A stretch of DNA of 64,000 nt from Vicinamibacterales bacterium (lineage in GTDB: Bacteria; Acidobacteriota; Vicinamibacteria; Vicinamibacterales; CAVVIG01): NCBI GenBank assembly GCA_050183995.1, contig JBFXAT010000015.1:7415-71414 (forward strand), written 5' to 3'. The position numbers were made by a program, and so were the translations under genes. Below, piece after piece: positions 45,087 through 54,005 of this stretch; the stretch's first letter is position 1; each line of letters opens with the position of its first letter. A model generated the notes under the pieces. It was not told where the DNA came from. It searched no databases and was given only the letters and a program-made list of their open reading frames with translations.

Positions 45087-46537
45087 GCCGAGACCCCTTC
45101 TCCGGGCGAGAGCACCCACGTGTCCTTGCTCCCGCCGCCCTGCGACGAGTTGACCACCAGAGAGCCCTTGCGCAGCGCGACGCGCGTGAGTCCTCCCGGC
45201 ACGACCTGAATCTCGTCGCCGTACAGGATGTAGGGGCGGAGATCGACGTGCCTGCCTTCGAGGCGATCGCCGGCCAGCGTCGGCATGCGCGACAGGGCGA
45301 GCGTGGGCTGGGCGATGTAGTTGCGCGGGTTCGCGCGAATCCTCGCGGCGAAGGCGTTGCGCTCCGCCTCGCTGGCGTGCGGGCCGACGAGCATGCCGTA
45401 TCCGCCCGCTTCGTTGGCCGCCTTGACCACGAGCCGGTGGAGGTTCTGGAGCACGTGCTGCCGATCGATATCGCGCCAGCACAGGAACGTCGGGACGTTC
45501 GGGATGATCGGGTCCTCGCCGGCGTAGTAGCGGATCATGTCGGGCACGTAGGCGTACATCACCTTGTCGTCCGCGATGCCGTTCCCGGGGGCATTCGCGA
45601 GCGCCACGCGGCCCGCGCGGTAGGCCGCGAGGAGCCCGGGCACCCCGAGCATCGAGTCGGCTCGAAACGCGAGCGGGTCGAGGAAGTCGTCGTCGATGCG
45701 GCGGTAGATCACGTGGACGCGCCGGAGGCCGCGCGTCGTGCGCATCCATACCGTGTCGTCCTCGACGACGAGGTCACGGCCCTCCACCAGCGGGATGCCC
45801 ATCTGCTGCGCGAGGTAGCTGTGCTCGAAGTAGGCGGAGTTGTACATGCCCGGCGTCAGCAGCACCACGACAGGTTTCGACGTGACGTCGGCCGGCGCAA
45901 TCGCCTCGAGCGTGCCGAGCAGGAGATTCAGGTACTCGAACACCGGCCGCACGCGAAGGCCTTCGAAGACCTGCGGGAACGTCCGCTTCATCAGGTCGCG
46001 GTTCTCGAGCATGTAGGAGGCGCCGGACGGCACGCGCAGGTTGTCCTCCAGCACGTAGATCTGTCCGTCTCGATCGCGCACCAGGTCGGTGCCGGTGATG
46101 TGGCACCAGACGCCCTTCGGCGGATCCAGACCGATGCACTGCGGCCGCAGCGAAGCAGCCGAGTGCACCACTTCCGCGGGGATCACCTTGTCCTTCAGGA
46201 TGCGCTGGTCGTGATAGACGTCGTCGATGAAGCAGTTGAGCGCGCGGATGCGCTGCTTCAGCCCGCGCTCGATCCAGTCCCACTCGTCGGTCCGCATGAT
46301 GCGCGGGATCAGATCGAAGGGGAACGGCCGCTCGGTGCCGGCGGCGTCGCCGTACACATTGAAGGTGATCCCGAGCTGCACGAGGATCCGCTCGGCGGCC
46401 TGCTGACAGCGCAGGAGCTGGCCCTCGCCCAGCGAGCCGATGGTCTCCAGCAGCAGGCGCGCCTCCGGGCGCGCCTGACCGCTCGGGTCGAAGAGTTCGT
46501 CGTAGAAGCCGCCGGTGTCGTATCCGCCGATGCGCAT
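45083..46537 (-). CDS. Circularly permuted type-2 ATP-grasp protein (DUF404/DUF407 type)
   Basis: 484 aa with [50 protein letters not shown] and [10 protein letters not shown]. Confidence 0.9.
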   Translation of the reverse strand: MRIGGYDTGGFYDELFDPSGQARPEARLLLETIGSLGEGQLLRCQQAAERILVQLGITFNVYGDAAGTERPFPFDLIPRIMRTDEWDWIERGLKQRIRALNCFIDDVYHDQRILKDKVIPAEVVHSAASLRPQCIGLDPPKGVWCHITGTDLVRDRDGQIYVLEDNLRVPSGASYMLENRDLMKRTFPQVFEGLRVRPVFEYLNLLLGTLEAIAPADVTSKPVVVLLTPGMYNSAYFEHSYLAQQMGIPLVEGRDLVVEDDTVWMRTTRGLRRVHVIYRRIDDDFLDPLAFRADSMLGVPGLLAAYRAGRVALANAPGNGIADDKVMYAYVPDMIRYYAGEDPIIPNVPTFLCWRDIDRQHVLQNLHRLVVKAANEAGGYGMLVGPHASEAERNAFAARIRANPRNYIAQPTLALSRMPTLAGDRLEGRHVDLRPYILYGDEIQVVPGGLTRVALRKGSLVVNSSQGGGSKDTWVLSPGEGVSA

Positions 46538-46742
46538 GCCGTATCCGTCTTGAAGTATCCGAGCCTGTCCCGAGGTGTTCGATGCCTGTCGCGCGTCGCA
46601 CGCGCCACGGCTGTGAGAAGAAGCTGGTCAGCAAACGCAAGGCCAGCCGTCCGGCCGGCGGTCCTTGCGCGGAGCGCAAACGAACGTTCCGGAATTCGGC
46701 GGATCCGGCGCCGACAACCGCGCGCCGGGATGCCGTGCGACA

Positions 46743-46756
46743 CGACAATATTGTCG
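46743..46756. promoter_or_regulatory. Perfect 14-bp palindrome CGACAATATTGTCG (candidate operator), with an extra CGACAA half-site at 46773-46778
   Basis: Read directly from the sequence. It lies in the 393-bp divergent region between the ATP-grasp operon start (46537) and the mscS-like start (46931), in a locally AT-richer patch. Confidence 0.5.
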
Positions 46757-46930
46757 AACTGGCCGATAAAGTCGACAACCGTGTCCGAATCTCCCGTGGA
46801 CGTCTCGCGCGCCGTGGTCCATGGCCGCCTGCGCTCGCGCGCGTCGCGTTCCGGGCCGGGCCGCCGCGCCCGGTGTGTCTGCGGTCGAGCTGGTCTGCCT
46901 CTCGTGCCTCGCTGCAATATCATCGGGAAC

Positions 46931-47884
46931 GTGACCTGGCCACTCGCAATCTATCCGCCGCTGTCGCTGTCCGCGCTGGGGCGCGTGATCTTCATCCTCC
47001 TCGCCGCCTATGTCGGCACGATCGTCCTGCGTCGGGCGGTCGGCACGCTGCGGGCCTCCGCGCTCGCCGTGATGATGCGTCACGCCGGCGGCGCGCCGCT
47101 CGAACTGGAAAAGCGCGCGAACACCATCATCGGTATCGCCCTCAAGACGCTCGTCACCCTGATGTGGAGCGTCGCCGTCGTGATCGCGCTGGCGCAGATC
47201 GGCTTCGACATCACCCCGATCCTCGCCGGCGCGGGCGTCGTGGGGCTCGCCGTCGGGTTCGGCGCGCAGAACCTCGTGCGCGACGTCATCAGCGGCTTCT
47301 TCATGTTGATCGAGAACCAGATTCGTGTAAACGACGTTGCGGTGATCAACGGGACCGGTGGCCTGGTCGAGGAGGTCAACCTTCGGACGACCGTACTGCG
47401 GAGCCTCGACGGCACGGTGCACATCTTTCCGAACGGCACCATCACGACGCTGTCGAACATGACGCTCGGCTACTCGTATTACGTGTTCGACATCCCCGTG
47501 GCATACCACGAAGACACCGACCGCGTGACGGCGGTCGTGCAGCAGCTTGCCGCCGGACTGCGCGAGGAGGCGGCGTTCGCCGACGCGATCCTCGAGCCGC
47601 TCGAAGTCATGGGCGTGGATCAGTTCGCCGATTCCGCCGTGATCGTCAAGGCGCGCATCAAGACGCAGCCGCTCGCGCAGTGGCTGGTCGGACGCGAGAT
47701 GAACCGCCGCATCAAGAAACGCTTCGACGAGCTTGGCATCGAGATCCCCTTTCCGCAGCGCACGCTGCACAACGGCGGCGGCAAGCCGCTGCGCGTGCAG
47801 GTCGACGCGCCCGACGCCGATCAGATCCGCCGGATCGTCCGTGAGGTCGTCGAGGAGATGGTGCCGCGCCCGGGCTCGTCCTGA
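46931..47884 (+). CDS. Small-conductance mechanosensitive channel (MscS family)
   Basis: 317 aa from GTG 46931 with three TM helices. The pore and beta-domain text follows (GVVGLAVGFGAQNLVRDVISGFFMLIENQIRVND...V.LRTTVLRSLDGTVHIFPNG). Confidence 0.88.
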   Translation: MTWPLAIYPPLSLSALGRVIFILLAAYVGTIVLRRAVGTLRASALAVMMRHAGGAPLELEKRANTIIGIALKTLVTLMWSVAVVIALAQIGFDITPILAGAGVVGLAVGFGAQNLVRDVISGFFMLIENQIRVNDVAVINGTGGLVEEVNLRTTVLRSLDGTVHIFPNGTITTLSNMTLGYSYYVFDIPVAYHEDTDRVTAVVQQLAAGLREEAAFADAILEPLEVMGVDQFADSAVIVKARIKTQPLAQWLVGREMNRRIKKRFDELGIEIPFPQRTLHNGGGKPLRVQVDAPDADQIRRIVREVVEEMVPRPGSS

Positions 47885-48987
47885 TCCGCGGGCGAGCGCT
47901 GACGATCGGCGCGGTGCTGTGCGAGCGAAGTCTGCACCATGACGAATTCGCCCACGTTGTCGAGCGTCAGTAGCCCGACGATCCGTCCGTTGTGCTCGAC
48001 TGCGCCAATTGGGGATCCGGTCTCCTGGAGGTGCCGCAGGGCAGGTTCGAGCATGTGGTGCGAGTCGACGACCGGGACGTCGCGCCGCATCACGTCCTCG
48101 ACCAGACCGCGGTCTCCGTGGCGCTTCAGCGCGCCAGGGAGGTCCTTGCCCAGGACGACGCCGAGCAGATGGCCGCCGTCCACGACCGGGAAGTCCTGCT
48201 GGACGCCGCTCAAGAGCAGATCCACGACGCGCGCGAGCGGCTCGCCCGGGGCAACCGATCGGAAATCGGTGATCATCGCGTGGCTGACCGGAATGCCCGC
48301 CAGCGCCGACTTCATCTGCACCATGCTCGCTTCCTGCGCCGCCCCGAGCCAGACGAAGAGCGCGATGAACAGCAGCATCGGGTAACCGGACAGCCCGATG
48401 AAACCGAACAGGAACGCCATGCCCTGCCCGAGCGACGCCGCGATCTGCGTGGCCCGGGTGTAGGTGACCCGCGTGGCCAGGAGCGCGCGTAGGACGCGCC
48501 CGCCGTCCATGGGGAACGCCGGCAGCATGTTGAAGGCGACGAGCCCGACGTTCACGATCATGAGGCGTTCGAGAAAGGGACCTCGGGACACGTCGAGCTG
48601 GTCGGCCGGCACCATCGGCGACGGCGTGACCGAGATCACCAGGAACAGCACGGCGGCGATGACCACGTTCACCGCCGGACCCGCCAGCGCCACCCACAGC
48701 TCCTGCACCGGGTCGTCCGGCATGCGGTCGAGCCGGGCGAGCCCGCCGATCGGCAGCAGCGTGATGTCGCGCGTGCCGATGCCGTATCGTCGGGCGGTCA
48801 ACGCATGCCCGAGCTCGTGGAGCACCACGCAGCCGAAGAGCGCGAGGATGAACCCCACCCCTTCGATGACCGCCGGAACGCTCCGGCCGTCGAGCCAGTA
48901 CTGCCAGGCGACGAACGCCAGCAGCAAGATGAACGTCGCATGCATGCGGAGCTCGATGCCTGCGATCCTGCCAAGACGCCAGTTCAT
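47821..48987 (-). CDS. M50 (site-2 protease family) membrane metalloprotease with a C-terminal CBS pair
   Basis: HELGHAL zinc motif, multiple TM helices, and the second metal-ligand region NMLPAFPMDGG. CBS-like repeats follow (VMRRDVPVVD...IVGLLTLDNV). Confidence 0.88.
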   Translation of the reverse strand: MNWRLGRIAGIELRMHATFILLLAFVAWQYWLDGRSVPAVIEGVGFILALFGCVVLHELGHALTARRYGIGTRDITLLPIGGLARLDRMPDDPVQELWVALAGPAVNVVIAAVLFLVISVTPSPMVPADQLDVSRGPFLERLMIVNVGLVAFNMLPAFPMDGGRVLRALLATRVTYTRATQIAASLGQGMAFLFGFIGLSGYPMLLFIALFVWLGAAQEASMVQMKSALAGIPVSHAMITDFRSVAPGEPLARVVDLLLSGVQQDFPVVDGGHLLGVVLGKDLPGALKRHGDRGLVEDVMRRDVPVVDSHHMLEPALRHLQETGSPIGAVEHNGRIVGLLTLDNVGEFVMVQTSLAQHRADRQRSPADQDEPGRGTISSTTSRTIRRI

Positions 48988-49050
48988 GCGGAGTACACCT
49001 GCAAGTCAGGAGTCACTGTTCACCCCGTGCCCGCCACGCCAGGGCCGGCC

Positions 49051-49716
49051 CTATCGGACATAGATGACGTAGAAACGATCGTCGAACAGCGCGGGCTTCT
49101 CCGAGAGTGTCAGCCCCGCCGCCTGCAGCCATGCTTCGGTCTGGGCCTCGCTGACGACCAGTTCGGGCTGCGACCGATGCGGCGACGTCTCGGGCTTGAA
49201 GTCGACGATCGCGATGCGCCCGCCCGGTTTGATGTAACGGGCAAGGTTCTTCAGATACGTCGCCCGGTCCTCGATGTGGTGGAGCACGTCGTTGATGAAC
49301 GCGAGGTCGACCTGCTGCGGCAGCGTCGGATCGGTGAACGCCCCGAGCACGGTCCTGATGTTGCCGATCCGCTGCGCCGCGGCGCGCTGGTCGATGTGCT
49401 CGAGCAGGCCCTTTTCGATGTCAACCGCGAAGAGCAGGCCCGTCGGGCCGGTCTCCAGTGCCAGCGGTCCGCTCAGCGCACCGGATCCGGCGCCGATATC
49501 GGCGATCGCGGACCCCTTCTGGATCTTCAGCGCGGCGATGATCTCGCCGACGCGCATGGCGCTGATCCGGTTCGGTGAATCGAGCGTCTTGATCCACTCT
49601 TCCGCCGCCCGGCTGGCGAGTTGCGCGCCGGCCGGCGCGGCCAGCGCCAGCACCGCAGCGGCCGCGAGTGTGCACCCGGCCAGCGCCTTCCAATGCGGGG
49701 CCCGTCTGCTCTGCAT
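49051..49716 (-). CDS. Class I SAM-dependent methyltransferase with a signal peptide
   Basis: Signal-like N-terminus ending APAGAQ. ADIGAGSGAL is SAM motif I. FINDVLHH and GGRIAIVDF are also present. Confidence 0.8.
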   Translation of the reverse strand: MQSRRAPHWKALAGCTLAAAAVLALAAPAGAQLASRAAEEWIKTLDSPNRISAMRVGEIIAALKIQKGSAIADIGAGSGALSGPLALETGPTGLLFAVDIEKGLLEHIDQRAAAQRIGNIRTVLGAFTDPTLPQQVDLAFINDVLHHIEDRATYLKNLARYIKPGGRIAIVDFKPETSPHRSQPELVVSEAQTEAWLQAAGLTLSEKPALFDDRFYVIYVR

Positions 49717-49840
49717 GTCCGTCCTTTCGACGCCAGGCTTCCCACGACGTCTCGGTTCGCTCTTGAATCCTTAGCCCTGGCGCCCTAGACTCGCGACCGC
49801 CTCATGTCGAGGCGCCTCATCTCAGGGACTGGAGCGCTCC

Positions 49841-50287
49841 ATGGCTCGTATCAACGGCGCGAGAGTCATTATCGGTGGTTTGCTCGCGGGACTCCTGCTG
49901 AATATCGGCGACTTCCTCATCAACGGCGTACTGCTCGCCGACGAGTTCCGGGCGGGGCTGGTGCGGCTCGGGCTCGACCCGGTTGCGCTGGAGGCGGCAT
50001 CGGTCACCATGCGGTGGGTTGCCGTCGACTTCGCGCTCGGTCTCCTCCTGGTGTGGACCTACGCGTCCATGCGCCCGCGGTTCGGCCCCGGTCCGCGCAC
50101 CGCGATTCTCGCGTTCGTGCCGACATTCGTGGCCATCACGTCCATCATGTTCGGACTGGCGGGAATGGGGTTCTTCACGCTGTCGCTCTTCTCGAAGATC
50201 ACGGCGTACTCCGCGGTGAACGCGATCGTCGCGTCGCTGGCAGGAGCGTGGGCCTACAAGGAAAGCCCGGACGGGCGCATGCGCTAG
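49841..50287 (+). CDS. Hypothetical integral membrane protein (4 TM)
   Basis: 148 aa with four hydrophobic helices. I recognise no motif. Confidence 0.6.
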   Translation: MARINGARVIIGGLLAGLLLNIGDFLINGVLLADEFRAGLVRLGLDPVALEAASVTMRWVAVDFALGLLLVWTYASMRPRFGPGPRTAILAFVPTFVAITSIMFGLAGMGFFTLSLFSKITAYSAVNAIVASLAGAWAYKESPDGRMR

Positions 50288-51096
50288 AAGTCGCGATCGA
50301 AGTAGGTGTGCCGGTCGTCGTCGCTGGTCTTCCGCAGTGCGACGCAGCGCGCGCCGATCCCGAGGTCCCAGTCGCGCACCAGTACATCCGGCCTCAGCAG
50401 ACGCTGAGCGCTGCGGAGCCTCGCCGCGCGCCGGCGCAGCTGCCCCCGCCACGATGTCGGAGGCGCCGGCGGAGCGCTCGTGGCCAGCACCTCGTAGCAG
50501 GGATACGTCAACGCGTGGCGGATTGCCCGGCTCACCGATCGCCGATCCGCATCGTCGAACACCACGACGCCGCCGGCGGAGAGCAGACGGTTGACGTAGT
50601 AGAACTCCGTCATCACCTGCTCGAACCGGTGAAGTCCGTCGATGAAGGCGAGCTGGACGGAGACGCCGGACGAGAGCAGCGCCGGCAGCACGATTTCGGA
50701 CGGCTCCTCGCGGAAGTCGATCAATCGCGCGTACCCGGCACGCCGCAGGTGCTCGAGTCCCAGCCCCTGCCATTTCCCGCGCTGGAAGGGGTCGATGATC
50801 GTGTGAACCGCGCCGTTGTCCAGCGCCGCGAGCGCTTCGCAGATGAACAGCGCCGAGATCCCGTAGGCGAGACCCACCTCCAGCGTCCTCGACGGGCGCA
50901 GTGCCGCGATCAGCCGCTGCAACAGCTCTCCTGTCGCCCGGTCGATGTGCGACTGCGCGTCCGGGAACTCGGGGTGGTTCAGCGTCAACGCGCCGCCGCC
51001 GGCGCGCTCGATGCGGCTCGTACGGAGGAGCTCCCGCAGGACCGCGTTGTGGCCCGGTTCTGCGGCGATGTCCGGGGCGAGGGTCGCGGTCAGCAT
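50284..51096 (-). CDS. Class I SAM-dependent methyltransferase (O-methyltransferase family 3-like)
   Basis: 270 aa with TLEVGLAYGISALF (motif I-like), AFIDGLHRFE and GGVVVFDD. Its start overlaps the upstream gene's stop by 7 nt. Confidence 0.7.
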   Translation of the reverse strand: MLTATLAPDIAAEPGHNAVLRELLRTSRIERAGGGALTLNHPEFPDAQSHIDRATGELLQRLIAALRPSRTLEVGLAYGISALFICEALAALDNGAVHTIIDPFQRGKWQGLGLEHLRRAGYARLIDFREEPSEIVLPALLSSGVSVQLAFIDGLHRFEQVMTEFYYVNRLLSAGGVVVFDDADRRSVSRAIRHALTYPCYEVLATSAPPAPPTSWRGQLRRRAARLRSAQRLLRPDVLVRDWDLGIGARCVALRKTSDDDRHTYFDRDF

Positions 51097-52733
51097 GCTT
51101 CCGCACGCAGTTCCCGCCCGAACAGGGGCCTGCCCTCCATGTAGGCGGGAATGGGAGCGCCCATCAGTCCCAGAATGGTCGGCGCGAGGTCGAGCGCGTG
51201 CGCATCGTCCATTCCACCGTCGAGCGGTAGGTCGCCGCCGCTGGCGAGCAGGAACCCGCGTTCGACATGACTGCCGGTCCTGTGGAACGGCAGTGGGCCG
51301 ATCCGGCCGAACGCCGTGTCGACGGCGTCCGCCGGATCGGCGTTCCAGAGGACGAGCAGGTCGGCGTCGGGCAATCGCGTGTCGTCCGAGGTGAACGCCG
51401 CTTCGCGGGGACGCACGATGCGCGCAACCATGGGCTGCTGCGTTCGGGCGTTGCGAACGCCCCGCAGAAGGGCCTCGAGCTCGTCGCAGAGGGCGGAGTA
51501 GCCGGCCGGGTCCACGATCCCGTGGCGCTCGCGCCCGCGCAGATTGAAGCGGATGTAGCCCTCCGAGAAGCTCGGGAGCGCAAAGGCCCGCATCTCAGGC
51601 CAAGCGGGCTGATACCACATGGGCGGCTGGTGTCCGAGCGGACAGTCCTCGGGGCAGAGGGGCAGACCGTTGACGCCGATCCGCTTCTCGATCGAGTAGT
51701 GGAAGAAGGTCGTCGGCAGACGCCGTCTGAGAAAACGGGTGATCGGATTTGCGTCGTGTTTGCGACTCCAGACCTCGTCGGTCCACGAGCGTCCCCGGGT
51801 CGGACGCGCCGGCGGCGGAACCGCACTCCGCGACGGCAACGCTTCGAGGCCCAGGCGACCGGGTGCGCTCCAGCGATACAGCAGCTCAGGCAGGAACACC
51901 AGGCTCGGCAAATCGGTGCTGTTCGCCTCCATGCCGTGGTCGGAGAAGACGAGTAACCGTGCGTCCGGCGGCGCGGCCGATGCAATCTCGGCAATCGCGC
52001 GGTCGACCGCGATGAAGCTCTCCAGAAGGGGATTCCACGGCGCTCCGGTGCGTGGATGCAGCGGATGTCCCGCGTCGTTCAGGTGCCAGAAGAAGTGGCC
52101 GGCCGAATGGGTCTCGCCGAAATAGGTGACGAAGAGATCCCACGGCTCACGCTGAAGCAGATCCCGGCAGATCGCCGCGCGCCGTTCGATGCCGGTCAGG
52201 AGCCGCCCCGCCAGACGGCGCATGCCCGGTTCGTCCCACAGCGTCACGTAATCCTTCTCGTACGCCGGATGTTCGCCGAAGCGTGCCGTCAGCTCCGGGA
52301 GCAGATCGGCTGGCACGGACGCTCGCGCGGTCCGAGGTGAGTGCGCGCCCCAGCCGAGCACCTGCACGCCGTGCACGCCATCGCTCAGGCGCGTCTGCGG
52401 GAGGTCGAACATCCCGACGCGATACCGCGGACCCAACGCGTAGAAGGGTGCATATTCGTCGAACTCGTACGCCTGACGCTCTTCGACGGCATATGCGTGC
52501 GCATCGAAGCGGAACGGCGTCCAGCGGCCGGTCTGCCACGCCGAGCACCCGGTCAGGAACGACGTGCACGCCGCCTCGGCGCGGCAGTAGTCGAAGTTCC
52601 GGAGCCGCGTGTACGCTCCGCGATCGCGGAGCGCCGACAGGGTGGGCAAGTGCCCCTGCTGCATCCACTCCTCGATCAGCTGCGGATCCGCCGCGTCGAG
52701 CCCGATCGCGATCACCGTACGTGGTCTCATCAA
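51090..52733 (-). CDS. Alkaline-phosphatase-superfamily protein (type I phosphodiesterase / nucleotide pyrophosphatase-like)
   Basis: 547 aa with N-terminal VIAIGLDAADP and later THSAGH and VFSDHGM, metal-ligand-like motifs of this superfamily. The call has moderate specificity. Confidence 0.7.
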   Translation of the reverse strand: MMRPRTVIAIGLDAADPQLIEEWMQQGHLPTLSALRDRGAYTRLRNFDYCRAEAACTSFLTGCSAWQTGRWTPFRFDAHAYAVEERQAYEFDEYAPFYALGPRYRVGMFDLPQTRLSDGVHGVQVLGWGAHSPRTARASVPADLLPELTARFGEHPAYEKDYVTLWDEPGMRRLAGRLLTGIERRAAICRDLLQREPWDLFVTYFGETHSAGHFFWHLNDAGHPLHPRTGAPWNPLLESFIAVDRAIAEIASAAPPDARLLVFSDHGMEANSTDLPSLVFLPELLYRWSAPGRLGLEALPSRSAVPPPARPTRGRSWTDEVWSRKHDANPITRFLRRRLPTTFFHYSIEKRIGVNGLPLCPEDCPLGHQPPMWYQPAWPEMRAFALPSFSEGYIRFNLRGRERHGIVDPAGYSALCDELEALLRGVRNARTQQPMVARIVRPREAAFTSDDTRLPDADLLVLWNADPADAVDTAFGRIGPLPFHRTGSHVERGFLLASGGDLPLDGGMDDAHALDLAPTILGLMGAPIPAYMEGRPLFGRELRAEAC

Positions 52734-52743
52734 TCGCCGCTCC

Positions 52744-53778
52744 TCAGCGCAATGCGCGCGGCATGGTCAGCCCCACCCGGGGCTTCACGCCGGTCGCGCC
52801 GGAACGCTTCGATCGGCGGCCCGCTCTGCTCTCGAGGACGTATCCGAGGAGCTCCCACAGGCGCGTCTCGTGGCCGAACGCGTCAGCGGGGGTGCCGCGC
52901 AGGCTCGTGTGGATCCACTCCGCAAACTCGCCTGCGAACTGGCGAAACGCGAACAGGGGAATGCCGAACGCCCGGCTGAACTCCGCCGGCTCGGGCCGCA
53001 GACCCAGAACCGGATCGGACAGCTCCTGAAAGGCCATGCGGGTATTGCAGCGGCCGATGTTCAGATGCCATCTGCGGTGATACGCCTTCGTCATCCGCTC
53101 CGGATCGACCGGCGCCTGCACGAGCATGTCCGGCACGTAGAGCGCCCGCTCTCCGGCCCTGTACATCCTCAAGAGGAACTCCGTGTCCTGGGCACGCACG
53201 AAGGCCGTATCGAAAAGGCCGACGCGGCTGAAGACACTCTTTCGAAACGCCAGGTTGGCGCCCGCCAGACAGATGGGACGCTTCGCGTCGACGATGAACG
53301 ACGCCGTGCCGTAGTCCTGCAGCGCAAGAGGGCCGACCCAATGCTCCGTCGTCAACCACGGTGGAGGCGGAAAGGGCCAGAGCGGGAGCGTCCGCCCGCC
53401 GGCGCCCGCGATGTCCGGATGCGCGGACAGCGCCTGATGAACGCTGCTGACCCACGTGCTGCCGACGCACACGTCGTCATCGGTGAATGCGACAATCGGC
53501 GCGGTCGCCGCGGCGATGCCGGCGTTCCTGGCGTACGACAGCCCCTGACGCGGCTCGAACACATACCGCACGCGCTCGAAACGCCGCTGGAAGCGCTCGA
53601 CCACCTGCGGTGTCCCGTCGTTCGAGTTGTTGTCGACGACGATGACGTCGAAGGGAGGTGTCGACCGCGTCTGCTCAGCGAGCGCCGCAAGCGCGCGTTC
53701 GAGAGGGGTGGCCCGGTTGAACGTGCTCACGACGACGGTGACGGCGGAGGGCGGCACGATGTCCGTGCGGTCGAGCAA
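52744..53778 (-). CDS. Family 2 glycosyltransferase
   Basis: VTVVVSTFNR ... VIVVDNNSNDGT ... AFTDDD (DxD) ... and later QDTEF. Confidence 0.88.
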   Translation of the reverse strand: MLDRTDIVPPSAVTVVVSTFNRATPLERALAALAEQTRSTPPFDVIVVDNNSNDGTPQVVERFQRRFERVRYVFEPRQGLSYARNAGIAAATAPIVAFTDDDVCVGSTWVSSVHQALSAHPDIAGAGGRTLPLWPFPPPPWLTTEHWVGPLALQDYGTASFIVDAKRPICLAGANLAFRKSVFSRVGLFDTAFVRAQDTEFLLRMYRAGERALYVPDMLVQAPVDPERMTKAYHRRWHLNIGRCNTRMAFQELSDPVLGLRPEPAEFSRAFGIPLFAFRQFAGEFAEWIHTSLRGTPADAFGHETRLWELLGYVLESRAGRRSKRSGATGVKPRVGLTMPRALR

Positions 53779-53811
53779 AGCACGTACCTCTTCTGAAGCA
53801 CGCGTCTCCTT

Positions 53812-53860
53812 CTCTGAGGACGGGTGGTCTCGCGCCCTCTGAAGACGGGTGGTCTCGCGC
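53812..53860. repeat. Near-perfect tandem repeat, period 25 (ctctgaGgacgggtggtctcgcgc / ctctgaAgacgggtggtctcgcgc)
   Basis: Copies are at 53812-53835 and 53837-53860, with 1 mismatch and a 1-nt spacer. The repeat lies 34-82 nt upstream of the GT2 gene start on the minus strand. Confidence 0.85.
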
Positions 53861-54005
53861 AGCGACGAACGAATTCGCTGGAGGTTGGGAAGCGCGGCTC
53901 CAGTTGAGAGGGATCTCGTTCCGTTTCTGAGACACGGATTTCCACCGGATACGCATCAGGTGGGCGGGAGGCGAAGGGGGTGGGGCTGCGGGTTTTCGCC
54001 GCGGG

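Noticed and set aside
45248-46930. Upstream 561 codons of the listed 878-aa ORF 45248..47884
   Set aside because: It is antisense to the 484-aa ATP-grasp gene. MscS-type TM and pore text begins only at GTG 46931.
46628-48697. 689-aa minus-strand ORF across the mscS and M50 region
   Set aside because: It is out of frame with the M50 gene, antisense to mscS, and has Arg/Gly/Pro-rich composition.
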